Assembly: GCA_030141605.1 (NCBI GenBank)
Contig: JAQGDQ010000981.1
Coordinates: forward strand, 9,326-73,325
Direction of reading: 5' to 3'
Source of the DNA: Tubiluchus corallicola
Taxonomy: Eukaryota; Animalia; Priapulida
DNA length: 64,000 nucleotides
Shown: positions 25,591 to 37,939 of the stretch, piece by piece
How the letters are laid out: each line of letters opens with the position of its first letter
Position numbering within the stretch: the first letter of the stretch is position 1
Translations under genes and position numbers: made by a program
The notes under the pieces: model-generated
What the model was told of the DNA's origin: nothing
What the model saw: only the letters and a program-made list of their open reading frames with translations
The model's database searches: none

Positions 25591-27455
25591 CACTGTAGCA
25601 ATTACTTGATTCTGGCCCCTAGCAAGACTAGATTCACCTTCGTAACATAGTAAATACTGTGCCTTTAGCAGCAATTAGTGAGCTCGAAATCAGGCCCGAG
25701 TTTGTGTTTTACTGCTAGCATATAGTTGAGCAAAATAAAAAGGCCCGCATGCGTTTATGAGAGAGAAATGGGTTTATAATTGACTGTTCCGTAGGTATGT
25801 CCAGAGTAAAATTATGATCACCAAAACGAGGTTCTGAGCAAAATATTAGAGAAATCCCGAGGGCATAAAATAGCGATAATGGAGGATTAAGAAGGTTACC
25901 GGAATCCAACAGATAACAAATGGCAAAAGCTCCAAAATAAGACCTGACTAGATTGACAATACGATTTTCACTGGCTGTTGTACTCTACCAGGAAGGTTAA
26001 GGTAACGAGCAGCTCAGATGTGGTTGCACGATTTGTTAAGCCCCAGAATGATGTTTGTATGGCTTAGCTTGCTTTAGATTATAGCACCAGGTGTGAAGTA
26101 TTAAATCTTAGCTACTTTTGTGAGATCCAACCAATTTATCAAGACACCACACAAGTCAACGCCAAGCAAATGAACATAAGGCTGCTCAGAAAGCGATAAA
26201 ATAGCCCATATGATTAATAAGCAGTTTACCATTACAATGGCGAGAAATGGAAACGTATTTTTGGCAAAAAATATAATAACCCAAGCTTGGCCGCTGTCAA
26301 ATCTAATTAAATATTCCTTTAAGCATGTAAGGCGCTTTTGATCGAGAATTGTGTTTTTGAGGTATCGTAGTACATACTATGCTGACTAATATCAGCAAAA
26401 AGGATTTGTGGGGTACTTTATCCCGATTGTGGGGTGTCGTTATAATGCCAACGTGCTTGGGCAGCATTTGACATTAGGGTAGTCTCTAGCTAGCATGAAG
26501 CCATCCAAGCTGTATTAAATTTTGTGCTCAGGTTTCAATAGAGTCTATGACGATTCCATGTGTTTCTTAATTTTGGCTTTATTAGTTTTCAAACAATATT
26601 TGTTTGCATAATTCGTTTATTGCCTTGCACTTCTTATGCAATGATGTTTCTTATTCAGTTTTATTGTTTTTTTGTCTTACCACACTTTCAATGTACATAT
26701 GAAATAAATATTACAATTGATGTATTGTTGTTCTGATGCTTCTGGCAGTTAGCTTGGATTTTATTTTCTTAGTAATTGGACTTTAGAAAACTAATCGAAT
26801 GGAGACTCAAACAAGTGGACTTTCTTGATTTTTCAACGCCTTTATTTCGACTTCCAAAAGAAAGCGACAGGAAGGCGGCTCGATCTAAGCCGCTTGTTAA
26901 CGATGGTGATAACAGTGACGATGATGAAGATGACGATGACGACCACGGTGATTAGGATAGTGCAATGAAAATGAGAACGACGACAATGACAGAGAGAAGG
27001 TTAGATTAATTAAGCATAGCGCATTACTTCTTGACCACCCTTATTCACATGTACAGCGTACACTCGGAACCATTACTCATTTCAGTGAACTAATTTAGGC
27101 TGTGGCATATTTCACTAATTGTGTTAACTCCAATGAATGCAGATCTTCTTAGAATATTTTCTATTCGCTAATAAGACGTGACGGCTATTTCCTGCAAATA
27201 GCTGGCCTAGAAGATGTGAACTGAAAATGCTTTTAGGTAGATGCAATCCTTGTTTAGCCGACGTAAATCGAGTGGCTGTATCTTCCTTGATTACACAATA
27301 TTGAAGCATTTTACTGTCCACCCACAAATACTAAATTTTGGCGCAGTGGTACAAGGGATAAAAATATGTAAATTGAAAAGTAGGCAGTTGTGTGTGTTTG
27401 GGCGACAGGTTGACAGTTTCCGAGTAGAGCAGAACAGGAATGTAATGAAAGAAAG

Positions 27456-27460
<5 letters not shown>

Positions 27461-27532
<72 letters not shown>
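27461..27532. repeat. (GA)n microsatellite, about 36 units
   Basis: Perfect run. Confidence 0.99.
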
Positions 27533-27535
<3 letters not shown>

Positions 27536-29024
27536 TTAAACAAAAACGAGAGAGTGAACAGAAAAGGATATTGTAGATAGGTTGGCAGTTTGCAAACAGA
27601 AAAGGAACGGTTGCTGTTTTTACCTTGCTGCTATTTTTCAATATTTTACTGTATTTCTTCAATAAACAAGAAGCGTGTCTTAGTATGTGCAAAGTTTTCG
27701 CGGTAATTAAGTTTTTGGTAGAATGTCTGAGGTTCAGCGTTTGCTAAATGAAGTACCGTATTTCAAAATGATGACCACCTAGCCACCGATATGTGGACCC
27801 ACAGCGAAAACAAAACGAAGCACCTCCTACTATTATTCTTTGGCTTGTGTCGATTAATGATGAGCATAATTATGTTAATATCTGCATTACATCACCAGAA
27901 AGTTAAAATAACCAGTCCACGATTCGTAGAAAGTTATGATATGATATTGATTGATATGATATTATATGATATGATATCATTCAAATGATTTGTAATTTTG
28001 CTTTCAAATATATGTATAAGAATCTATAAAAATTTAGACTACTGTGTGGACGGCTTCAACAGGGCATATTTATGTAGCACAAACTTGATAGCTGATTATG
28101 AGTTTTCAGTTGGGGTTTAATTTACAGCAGGTGCGACTTTTGATAGCACTGGCCACCTGATATAACTAATCACTTTTATATGTACATACCACGAGGCTTC
28201 TTAATGTTTTCCGCTGGACATACAAAGACCATTTTATAGTTAGATGCTTCTCGGCCCACATATATCTTTGGCTTATCCATTTTCATTTTGTTAGTGCTGT
28301 TTTCGCTGTTACCCATATTAGCGCACTGTGGCACACGTTAATGCAATTTAAGAAAAGAACTTTAACAAAACCATGCCATACTCTAATACACTTGCTACCA
28401 AAATTCACAGTCGCTCATTTTGAAGCTGCCTAAAAACCCGCAGAATTCACAATGGTGCATGCATGGCAGGTGATTATTAGTTAAACATGGACGAGTATCA
28501 GGCGGATACGGCTTCACGCGTCACACACAATGCGACTATTAGCTAGTAAGTACTGCAACTGATGAAGCAGCAGTTTCCATGAAGTAAACCAACTGTAAAA
28601 CACTTGAAAAATCCACTGATAATGCTTGTCACGGTACACACCGTTCCTGCTCGAAAATAAAAATGTGTCATTTCAATCAGCTGTGAACGTATAACAATTT
28701 TTACATAGATTAGACCCGTGAGCATTGAAATCGAAGACAATAGTCATTATAACGATGTTCGCACGCCCGCACGGCTGTCAACTGCGTGCATGTCTCTCTA
28801 ATTCAAGCGCAGAAAATCAATGTCTGTGGCGTTAAACTTAAAGGCGCCACTAGTCAGTAACCACATATATTTATAGGTGAAGTTATAATAAGTAGCTTAG
28901 GCTTACTTAAAACATTACTACGCATTTTAACTGTGATAAGCTAGGATTAATAAACAGTTTATATAAAAACAGCAATTAACCTACCGATTAATGAGTTCAG
29001 GTAAAGAAAGAACTAAAAACCGCA

Positions 29025-29097
29025 AGCCAAACAGGATTTAAACTCGAGACCTTGCGGTTAGCATTCACATATTCTAACCATTTGAACTACTGATCTG
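29025..29097 (-). pseudogene. tRNA-derived pseudogene or SINE head
   Basis: Minus strand reads GTAGTTCAAATGGTTAGAATATGTGAATGCTAACCGCAAGGTCTCGAGTTTAAATCC, with an A box, anticodon arm and degenerate B box at tRNA spacing. Confidence 0.55.
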
Positions 29098-32000
29098 ACA
29101 CGGTAGTGCAGGCAAGCCTGAATTCTCATTCGCACAGCACACAATTACTGGATTAATTAACCGCTTAATACAGAATTCAGCTTTATGTAAATCCTAAAAC
29201 TATAGGAATGCCCAAGTATTTTCTCTAAGCACGAGCACATGACATCAGCTGGTTTAAATGAAACCTCTGACTGGCGTCAAATGATGTCTGTAGAATGGCA
29301 CACTGAATCGTTTGGTGTCCATGTAAAAGTTGAATTGGCATCTGTAGATGCAAGTCAACAAAACGTACAGAAATTGATGCCGTTATATTCTTAGTAGTCT
29401 GAAAACGTGAAATTTTGCACATTCGTTCTCAAACGTATTTCTATAATCGTTTTCGAAGCCTAGTTATTATCATATAACTAGACGATAGTAGTAACACTCA
29501 AATTATTCTTCACGAACGCCATGACGCACATGGTTCATGGTTTGTAGCTTGATTGGAGTGAGTTTGGTATAATCGCACCTATATTTTTTAATGGTCTCTG
29601 GTCATTTAACTGCCAGCACTAAAGTCGGTTCAGAGTACGCCCAGGCCGCGCTGACGAACTATTATTAGTAGCTAGGCCTATTACTGTTGGCTACAGGAGT
29701 CGAAGAGATTACCTAGGTTAAAGTCAAACAGCTGTAAAGCAGATAAGTAAAATAACCGCTAATCAGAGGAAGTATAAAGCCATAATTTAATGTTTTTCTC
29801 TGGTAGCGAAACTGTTAGGTTATGGCATAGCGCGGAAGATAACCTTTGCGAAACAAAAGATAATCCAATTAGTAAGTGAATTCTAATTGCTACCTGAAAT
29901 TACAGTTTTATCTCATAATTATAACTAATCGTTGTTAAATGCCTATGATTTTTTTTATGAAGAAACTTCAAATTACCGCACATCCTTACGCACAAGTAAC
30001 GACCAGTGTTTTGTTAATGTGAATATTATAATGCATTATACTCTGTTTAGTTATTTGTCAAATTTTGTGCGCTTTTCTGAAGTAACATAAATTTATGTAC
30101 GTAAATCAAATTATACATGAATGTAAGTAAAGCTGTAAACAACAGTACACAATACAAAAGTGGTGAATATAGTATTACGAGCAGTCGAGCATCCAGGTAC
30201 TACATAGTGTACTATTAAAAAGGCTTATCAACGCAGAGCTAGTACCGCCAATTTCCTTTTGACGGATCTCTTCCACGAAGTTTTATCTTTGCTTTCGCCA
30301 AGATTTCACTAACCAAGATGGATAAAATGCTCATTTAATTGCAGCGCTTCCGCCGCAGCTGACTGCAATCCGAATCAGTTTAAATGAAAAGACGGATTAG
30401 TTCCGTATCCAATCTACGGATTCAAAAGCCAAAAGCAAAACATCCTACAATAATCAAAGTTAACCGTTTCTAGAATATCTTTTGACATGGCAGTTTGGCA
30501 GCCATTACACAATAACTTTACAAGTTTTCACGTGATATGGCGAAGTAAAAAATGTATGCTTAATGTACCTTAATATTTATCAATGGCCTAAAAACAGGCA
30601 GATCGCAGTGAAGACTCAGATAAGTGATGTCACAAAAGGCATGAAAGAATAACACTTAAAAACTAAAAATGTTATTGTTTTGTTGAGGTAACTTGGAAAT
30701 CTGGATAGGACGCGATAGTATTATGTGATTTTAATGCAAAATTACATTTTTACCAAAATAATGTATTGCAACCTACAGTAGAGCGTGGCCGTGTGGCAGT
30801 CTAAAGAGCGATTGTGCCAGCGGTCTATTTCAATCTCTCTTTCTATCTGTATATTAATTTGGTAACTAGAAATCTAACTGCAAGTGAATACGAATTTTGC
30901 AGTGATATGTGTTATTAATAATATTGAAAACGAATGTATAAATCCAAAGGAACTTTCCAAAAGAAGTTAGAAATTGCAGCAGCAGTTTTATAAGATTGTG
31001 GCGTATTATGAATCAAAGCTTTCTCAAGATTGTTACTACTATAGCTGATATACAAGTAGGCTAGTAACATGTGTAAAAGCAAAATGATTCTGTACAACCA
31101 TTTGATATAATAATAACATAACAGTTGTTTGCAATATAATACACAAAATTACATGGTCGGTGAAAAATTGAACCTTTACAGTGTTATATGAACATTTTCG
31201 ACACGATGCAAGTAGTAATAATTACACAATAATTTAAAACAAATTAAAACCTATAAATATTTAGAAAACATCGTAACGAACATTTACGCCTTTGTTATCA
31301 TTCTCAAAAATTTTCTTTCATTTATGCTCGAGGAATTTTGCTTAGGCGAAAAGTCAAGTAGAAAATCACACTAATACAAGCACAATGATGCAAAGAAGCG
31401 TGCAAAGTTCCTTAAAAAAAGTTGCAGCTTTGCACAATTAAACTGTAAAGCGTGATAATTTGTTTTTATTACTGACTGAGATAAATCACCGTTGTATAAA
31501 TCCACCTACCACTTACAAATTTCAATAATTTCAATAGGCATTTTATAAGATGCTTAACTAACTATGACCTATACGAATTTCTGCACGTTACTGATTATAG
31601 TTTTAGCTTTTTTTCACACTCACAAATAACGGCCTTTTGGGGGTCTATATAAGGAAGATAAATGTAAAAAAGCAATGTTAAAAAGGGATGGTAGGAGACA
31701 AAAGTTCGAAAGACAGTATTGCAATGAAAGCGGTAAAAAAGTAATTCACAAAAAGTTAATATGCAAAAGACAAAGTTAAAGTCAAAAATAAAAAGACAGA
31801 GGTAAGAAGATAATAAGCTAAGACGGGAAAATGGAGGCGTTTTTAGTTTCACTCATTTACGTTTGCTTTTCTACTTTTATTTTTGTGGTATCCTTTTTTG
31901 CCCTTTGTCTTATTACGTTTTCATACCTGTTAGTTTTTTACTATTAACTTGTTAATGCTCAACCTTTTCACTACAGGATTTTTGTTTTTATCCTTTCATC

Positions 32001-33904
32001 GTGTTTTTTACTTTTCTCACTAGTGTCTCACTAACATTTGTTTATTATTTTATTTTTATGTGATTGCATGTTGTTATTAAATATCAGACAACAGAAATGA
32101 ACAGATTAAGAGAAAATGATAAAACACGCAAGAAGAGAAGTTCTATATGAAAACAAGTTTTTTTATGTAGGCTGAAAGTTGCCTGTTTCGTTTGTTGCTG
32201 CAAATATGTTTTGTTGTTAGTTGTTAAACTATCAGATAATAAAAGCAATTTCAGCTTGACGCAAAAATAATCAACAATTATTGTTTTTACTTTGTATTTG
32301 ATTCCAAGTTTTCATTAATTATAGGAATTTTATTAGTTAGACGGCTAAATAGAAAGACCATCGAATTTATATTACGTTTCTGGTACATAATTATTATGAA
32401 TTGCTCACTGTAACGTAAGAAAAATTTCCTGTTTCGATGCAATCTTAAGATGTTGGCAATACCTCCTGGAATCCAACTGTACTTATAGCCAGTAACAATG
32501 ACACAATGCTGCATCGTGTATATAGACAATTACTGGCCGCAGTGAAGCCACATTCAAATGAAGCAGTTTTTCTACCGGAAGCTGCAACTGGGTAATTGCT
32601 CATTTTATACACGGAGCATTACCTTCATCAAGCATATTACCCAGCTAATGGGAGCCGACGAGACATGCGAGGCATTGATTACATTACGCACGATGAAATC
32701 ACCAACATCTGCAAGTGATGTGTTCAGTGTACCTAGCTGTTCTTGAGCACTGGAAACTGCTTCGCCTTGCATTAACATGCGATCAAGACAGTTAATCCGT
32801 TACCCTTTAAGGTTGCATACCGAAAACGGCTAAAATGACGAAAGTGACTTGAAAGTTGACGTTTAGACCAGCACCTGTCAATCCCACAATGGAAAGAACA
32901 CGACGTCAGCACTGCCTTAGGTGAAAAAATGAGCAAGAAATCAAAGTATCACTAGAACTAACAATTGTTTTTAGTTTAGTGAGATTTTAAATTGTTTCCC
33001 TTTCTATCATCCACTTGAAGATAGTGTATAATAGTTTTATTGAATTTGCGCTTTTCTAATTTCTTCCACTGCGTAGTTTACTAAGTCACTTATGTGTCAA
33101 GTTGCCATTAATTAAATTTATGTTTGTTTTAATGACGAACTACTGGAACCCATCAGACAGATGGCTATCGACATTGAAGTCGAGTTATAGGCCTTCTAAT
33201 CTAGCGGCACAATCACAAAGAATGACAATTACTGCGTATTTCCAGTAATCTCAATTTCTTGATATCTGGCACAGTTACAGAGTGTAGTTAGTTGCTAGTA
33301 AATGAACTACAGTTTAAAAATTCAATGACACCTCATTAATTAATACTTATTGGCAGCTTAAGGGAGTATTTTTGTCAACTTTGCTTTGGTTTAAAAACTC
33401 AAAAGTCTTTCAACAATATTACGTTGAATTTTCTTTTCAATGATTACCAGTAAGAACAAATAAAAGAAAAGACTCAGTATACTATAAAAATAAGAACTTT
33501 TTATCAATTTTAGCGATATTTTGTATTTTTTCTCCTACTCCCACATACGTATTACGTAAGAAAAGGAAGAATGTTGGAAATGTAATCGTTTTCGTTAGTG
33601 AAACTTTCGTAAAAGAAAGGCAATGCATTCATGACATACCAAGTTATATTTTAAGCATGTTTTCAGTTATATTTTAAGCGTGTTTTCTTCTGGCACATTC
33701 GTCTGCATTTAGAATGATGTTGGCCAGCCGCAGTAATCTTGAGCTTCTGCTCGTTGTCAAAAGATCAGCTCGTCTTGACGTGGTTTGAATTGACTTAGTC
33801 TTTAAAATAACCAGCACGATTTTCTGAATGCCACGCAGTTAAAATCGCCTGTCGACATTACATTTCCGGATGCTGTATGGGATAAATCTCCAGGTGCCCG
33901 CGTG

Positions 33905-33918
33905 GTTTCCATGACAAC
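33905..33918. promoter_or_regulatory. RFX X-box-like motif GTTTCCATGACAAC
   Basis: Close match to the palindromic X-box consensus GTYNCCATRGYAAC. Lies in a locally GC-richer segment about 270 bp upstream (minus sense) of a TG|GTATGT donor at 33640. Confidence 0.45.
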
Positions 33919-34921
33919 GAATGAAGACAAAAATGATAACCTATGACGGAGAGAGAAACTTGTAGGTGTCGCGTGCATACAGTGACTCGATAGTCTCATA
34001 GACATTCTGAGCGCTGATGTTTATAATGGTATTACGCGTCCAGTGCTACTTTCACTCAAAAAGTGTTTATATTACTATAGAAACAACATATTGAGGTGCA
34101 TACAAACCTTATTTTTATCAGATGACCAAATTAACCCAATCAACCCAAGTAATTGTCAGATAGAGAAACAATTGAGCTTATCATGGTTGCAAGATTCAAG
34201 CTGCTAGCACCATCTATGTACAAGCGTAGCAACATTCTGACAAATTTCATCAGAAATATTATAATTATTCAATTAGAAAATGAAAAATTGCGCACTCGAT
34301 TACTGTTCATGAATAGTTAGAATTGCCACGGTTTCAAAATGTTTTTTATTAAAATATTATTCTATTCTTTGTTTGATTTTTGTCAAAATCGAATTTACGA
34401 ATACAGTGCATTTATTCGCTAAACAAAGCCAAAGTGAATCTTAGTGGTTTCGTTTTTTCATTATTATAAGGAAATTGTCGAGAATGTCAATTATGCTGAT
34501 GAACTCTCAAGGTTGTAAATATTCAAGTAAATGACAACTAAAATGACAGAAGCTGTATTCCAACTTTTTCACATCGTCTGCCTCTGAAGTTTCGTGTCAC
34601 AATTTAATTAATTGCGGGTTTGTAACATAATCAGTTACAATAGTATTTATTTCGAGTATTCATCGTCCTGCAGGGGGATTAGTCACTTGTCTGCTCTAGC
34701 ATGTAAATTAAGATTATTCAGTCTCTAAATTAAGCCTTACAAGACGGTTGTAGCTTAATAACACTGCACTACACAGACTGTGTGATACACATTACTAATA
34801 TGCATTGTATTGAAATTACCACTATCTATGCATATATATGGTTTGTAGAAATATATGGTTTGTAATATAAATTTTAATAACTTCTAAAATAGTTTCTTGA
34901 GTGTAGTAGTAAAGATGTACG

Positions 34922-35051
34922 CAGGTGGGATGCAAAAAAAGCGTTACTAGCGCTTTCTGTACTTGGCTCCTTGATCAAACTGCCTGTGGCCCGCAGGATT
35001 TGTGGGAAAGCTTAATGTGGCCCTGCTAGTCAGATAATTTGCACACCCCTG
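34922..35051. mobile_element. hAT (Charlie-like) MITE remnant
   Basis: Right end …TGTGGCCC…TTTGCACACCCCTG is followed by GTCTAGAC (Charlie-type target). Left end CAGGTGGGATGCAAA is degenerate. Confidence 0.5.
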
Positions 35052-36969
35052 GTCTAGACTACACTAGATGGCTCTTGCGAAACATGAATTACAAAGACCA
35101 AGTGCGTGACTTGGTAGTAATTAGTAACAGAGCGTCAAAGCAATAATTCCAATAATTGCCGATTTAAATTTAGAATATTTTTAGAAAATTAGTTTAATTA
35201 GACCCGTACATGCAAAAAAATCAATAACTGGATACAACAAAATGTTGCTAGAAGAGAAGCGACGATATGTGATTAATGGAAATCTATAGAAACCGCAACT
35301 GATGAGAAAGCATTCAGAACTTTAAGTAGAGACAATTCCATTATACTATATGGGCTTCTTTTCAAGTGAATACATTCAACGGAATTCTCAGATTAAGGGA
35401 ATTGTAGTCAACGATAACATTTTTTAACCAATAACCAGCTTTGCAGTAATCAGAAACAACCTTTTCTATAAATGTGTGTGCATAACTGTAACGTAGGTTC
35501 AGTAGGCACTACGTTAATCTTGAAAAGCTATTACAGCCACTGCCAAATGTTTTGCCAGGGCAAAAAGCAGAAAACTACAGGTGATCCGACTTGAGTGACC
35601 TACTTTTAAGTTTTAATGATTTTTTATCATTACCCACCCAAACAATTGTAAGCCAGTTCTCTAAAATCGGACCCTAACTTAAATAAACCAGGCGATGCGG
35701 ACAGATGTATACTTATTCAAAGTGAAGTTTCACTGACTAATTTTCATATAGGCATATATTTAGTCACGTCATTGTGGAGTTGTAAGCCTAAACTTATCAG
35801 CTACTACGCATGCATGCGTTAATTTGCAATTATTAGTAATTACAACGGTATTTAAGTACTATGGAAAACAAAAATGCGAAATCCTGCATTTATTTATTAG
35901 CTCCACAGGTACTATTTCTGATAGTGCTGTATAAACTCAGACCTTGTTAAAACAGTCATATGATGCAAGCAGAATAAGCTGCGTGAAATAAAAGTTGAAA
36001 AAGCTTTGCATAGTTACTGCGTTTTTCTGATGTATCAAATCCACGATACGTCCAAGAATAATAAGCGGTACGCCACAACAGATATAATCATAAGTTAGTC
36101 TGGTACAATGACAAAATAACAATAGTATACTGCATTCTGTGGAGGCAATACATACACAGCTTAGTTCATATAATACACAATAAGATGTTAAACATGGTTT
36201 TAATGTCTAATAATTTTGGTAAATTTAATACATTATTGCGTTGCCAAATGCCAAAATAACGAAACGGCTCTTTTTTACTTTGATGTATATATAGGGCCGA
36301 GGCCTTTAATAAGTGAATTATTAATTACTTCAGCTATATTTTGTGCATTCAGTTTTCAGTTACAATACCTATAGGCAACGAAACAGTAGTGGAAACCTGG
36401 GCATCTTTTCTTGTTCAATTTCAGTAGAATCTTGTTTACTTTAACGGCTTCGCGGTAATTAGACAGTTTAATAGGCCCGTAAAATATTATTAAATGTCTT
36501 ATGCACGACAAATTTGGCTTAGAGGACAGCTTAAGGTTGAAATCGTGAGACAGTGTTACTGATGTTTGCAGTCACATGCTAGTAGTAGTGATACATATTG
36601 TTAAACAGCGACGAATGTTTAACTGTAATGAACTGGCAAAATTTATATTAATGAAATTTTAATATCAGTACTTATTCATCCGTTTCGTTTTAGAGGATCA
36701 AACATTTTACGCATCTCGTCATGCATTGTTAAGCCTTCTTCGTTGGGATTGTTTGCACAGAGTTTGTAACAATGTTAAACGATTATGAAATTCAAAAGAA
36801 AATTCACTAACGTGTCAAGGTTCACTGGCACAGACAAAGTGGGAGATGCACATTTGTCCACACAGTAGTCTAGTTTTAGCTTTACATAAGAACTTCTATG
36901 TTTTTGTGGATTACCTTTTGAATTTCATATTTGTTGTTAATGTCGTTATTAGGATTGACTGTTTCGATA

Positions 36970-37939
36970 CCGTAAAACGGGGTGAGTTCGCCACTTTTTA
37001 GGGGTATTTTTTACGTTTCCTGCCATAGCAAGAGAATTACCCAACCGATTTTCTTAGTTCAAGCTTTATATTGCCTTTCGAATGAAACACTATCGTGGGG
37101 TGAGTTCGCCACTAACAATTTAACACTGTTTAATGCCATTCTAGGCAGCTGAAGTTAACTGGTTGTGGTTGTTTGGTTGGGGGTGAGTTCGCCACCCTAT
37201 GAAAAAATTATGAAAAATGTCTAGTTTTAGTTTTCAAATAGAAACTTCTACGTTGGCAAGGAAGGCTTGAACGTCTTGTGCACTGATCTTATCGCGGGCG
37301 CCCTTGATGTTGCCAGCCACTCTGAAAACCAGATTGTTCCTTCGGTCGAATGATTTGACAAAGTCTATTCCAGGGGTATTTGCCTTGAATCGTCGTTCCT
37401 GGATTCCCTTTGCGTCAAGAACACTCTTAATCAGTAGTCGGAGATCGATGGCAGTCATTGGGAACCCCCACTCAGCGGCCACTTGGAGTGTTGGCGATTT
37501 CGTGCTCCTCGGCGGCGGAGAACACTGGCTGACCTCCGGTCTTCCGCGGATGACTTCGTGAGAGTTTGTCAGAAAGGGTCTTTCTTGGAACTCCGAATTG
37601 CTTCGCCGCTGCGCTGATTGTCCTGTTGGTATTCTTGACGGCATGTAGGGCAGCTTCCAGAGCTTCTGGGGTATAATTTTGGTATCTATGACCCGGTACA
37701 GGGGTGCAGGTGCGTGGCATGTTAAGTAGCCAGAAATAGTAGACAAATAATATGTAGAGCAGAATGGAATACTTCTAGTGCGAATTGAAAGAAGATAACT
37801 GTCGCAAACTGTTTATAATGACGGTGATCATGATATCTGTTCATTAAACACTGAACAATAGTTACAGCAAACCTACAATGGCCATTACGTAAGGGGTGGC
37901 GAACTCACCCTCGGGTGGCGAACTCACCCCGTTTTACGG
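36970..37939 (-). mobile_element. pogo/Tigger-like (Tc1/mariner superfamily) internally deleted DNA transposon, 970 bp
   Basis: Perfect 25-bp TIRs CCGTAAAACGGGGTGAGTTCGCCAC, TA on both flanks, and extra subterminal copies of GGGTGAGTTCGCCAC. Confidence 0.93.
37234..37720 (-). pseudogene. Truncated, frameshifted pogo-type transposase (psq-type HTH plus CENP-B-type HTH, no DDE domain)
   Basis: ORF 37472..37720 (YTPEALEAALHAVK…ISAAAKQFGVPRKTLSDKL…GGQPVFSAAEE) continues in another frame in ORF 37234..37746 (AAEWGFPMT…TPGIDFVKSFDRRN). Confidence 0.88.

Noticed and set aside
37472-37500. Programmed ribosomal frameshift in the transposase
   Set aside because: No slippery heptamer at the junction. 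A small indel in a defective element is the simpler explanation.
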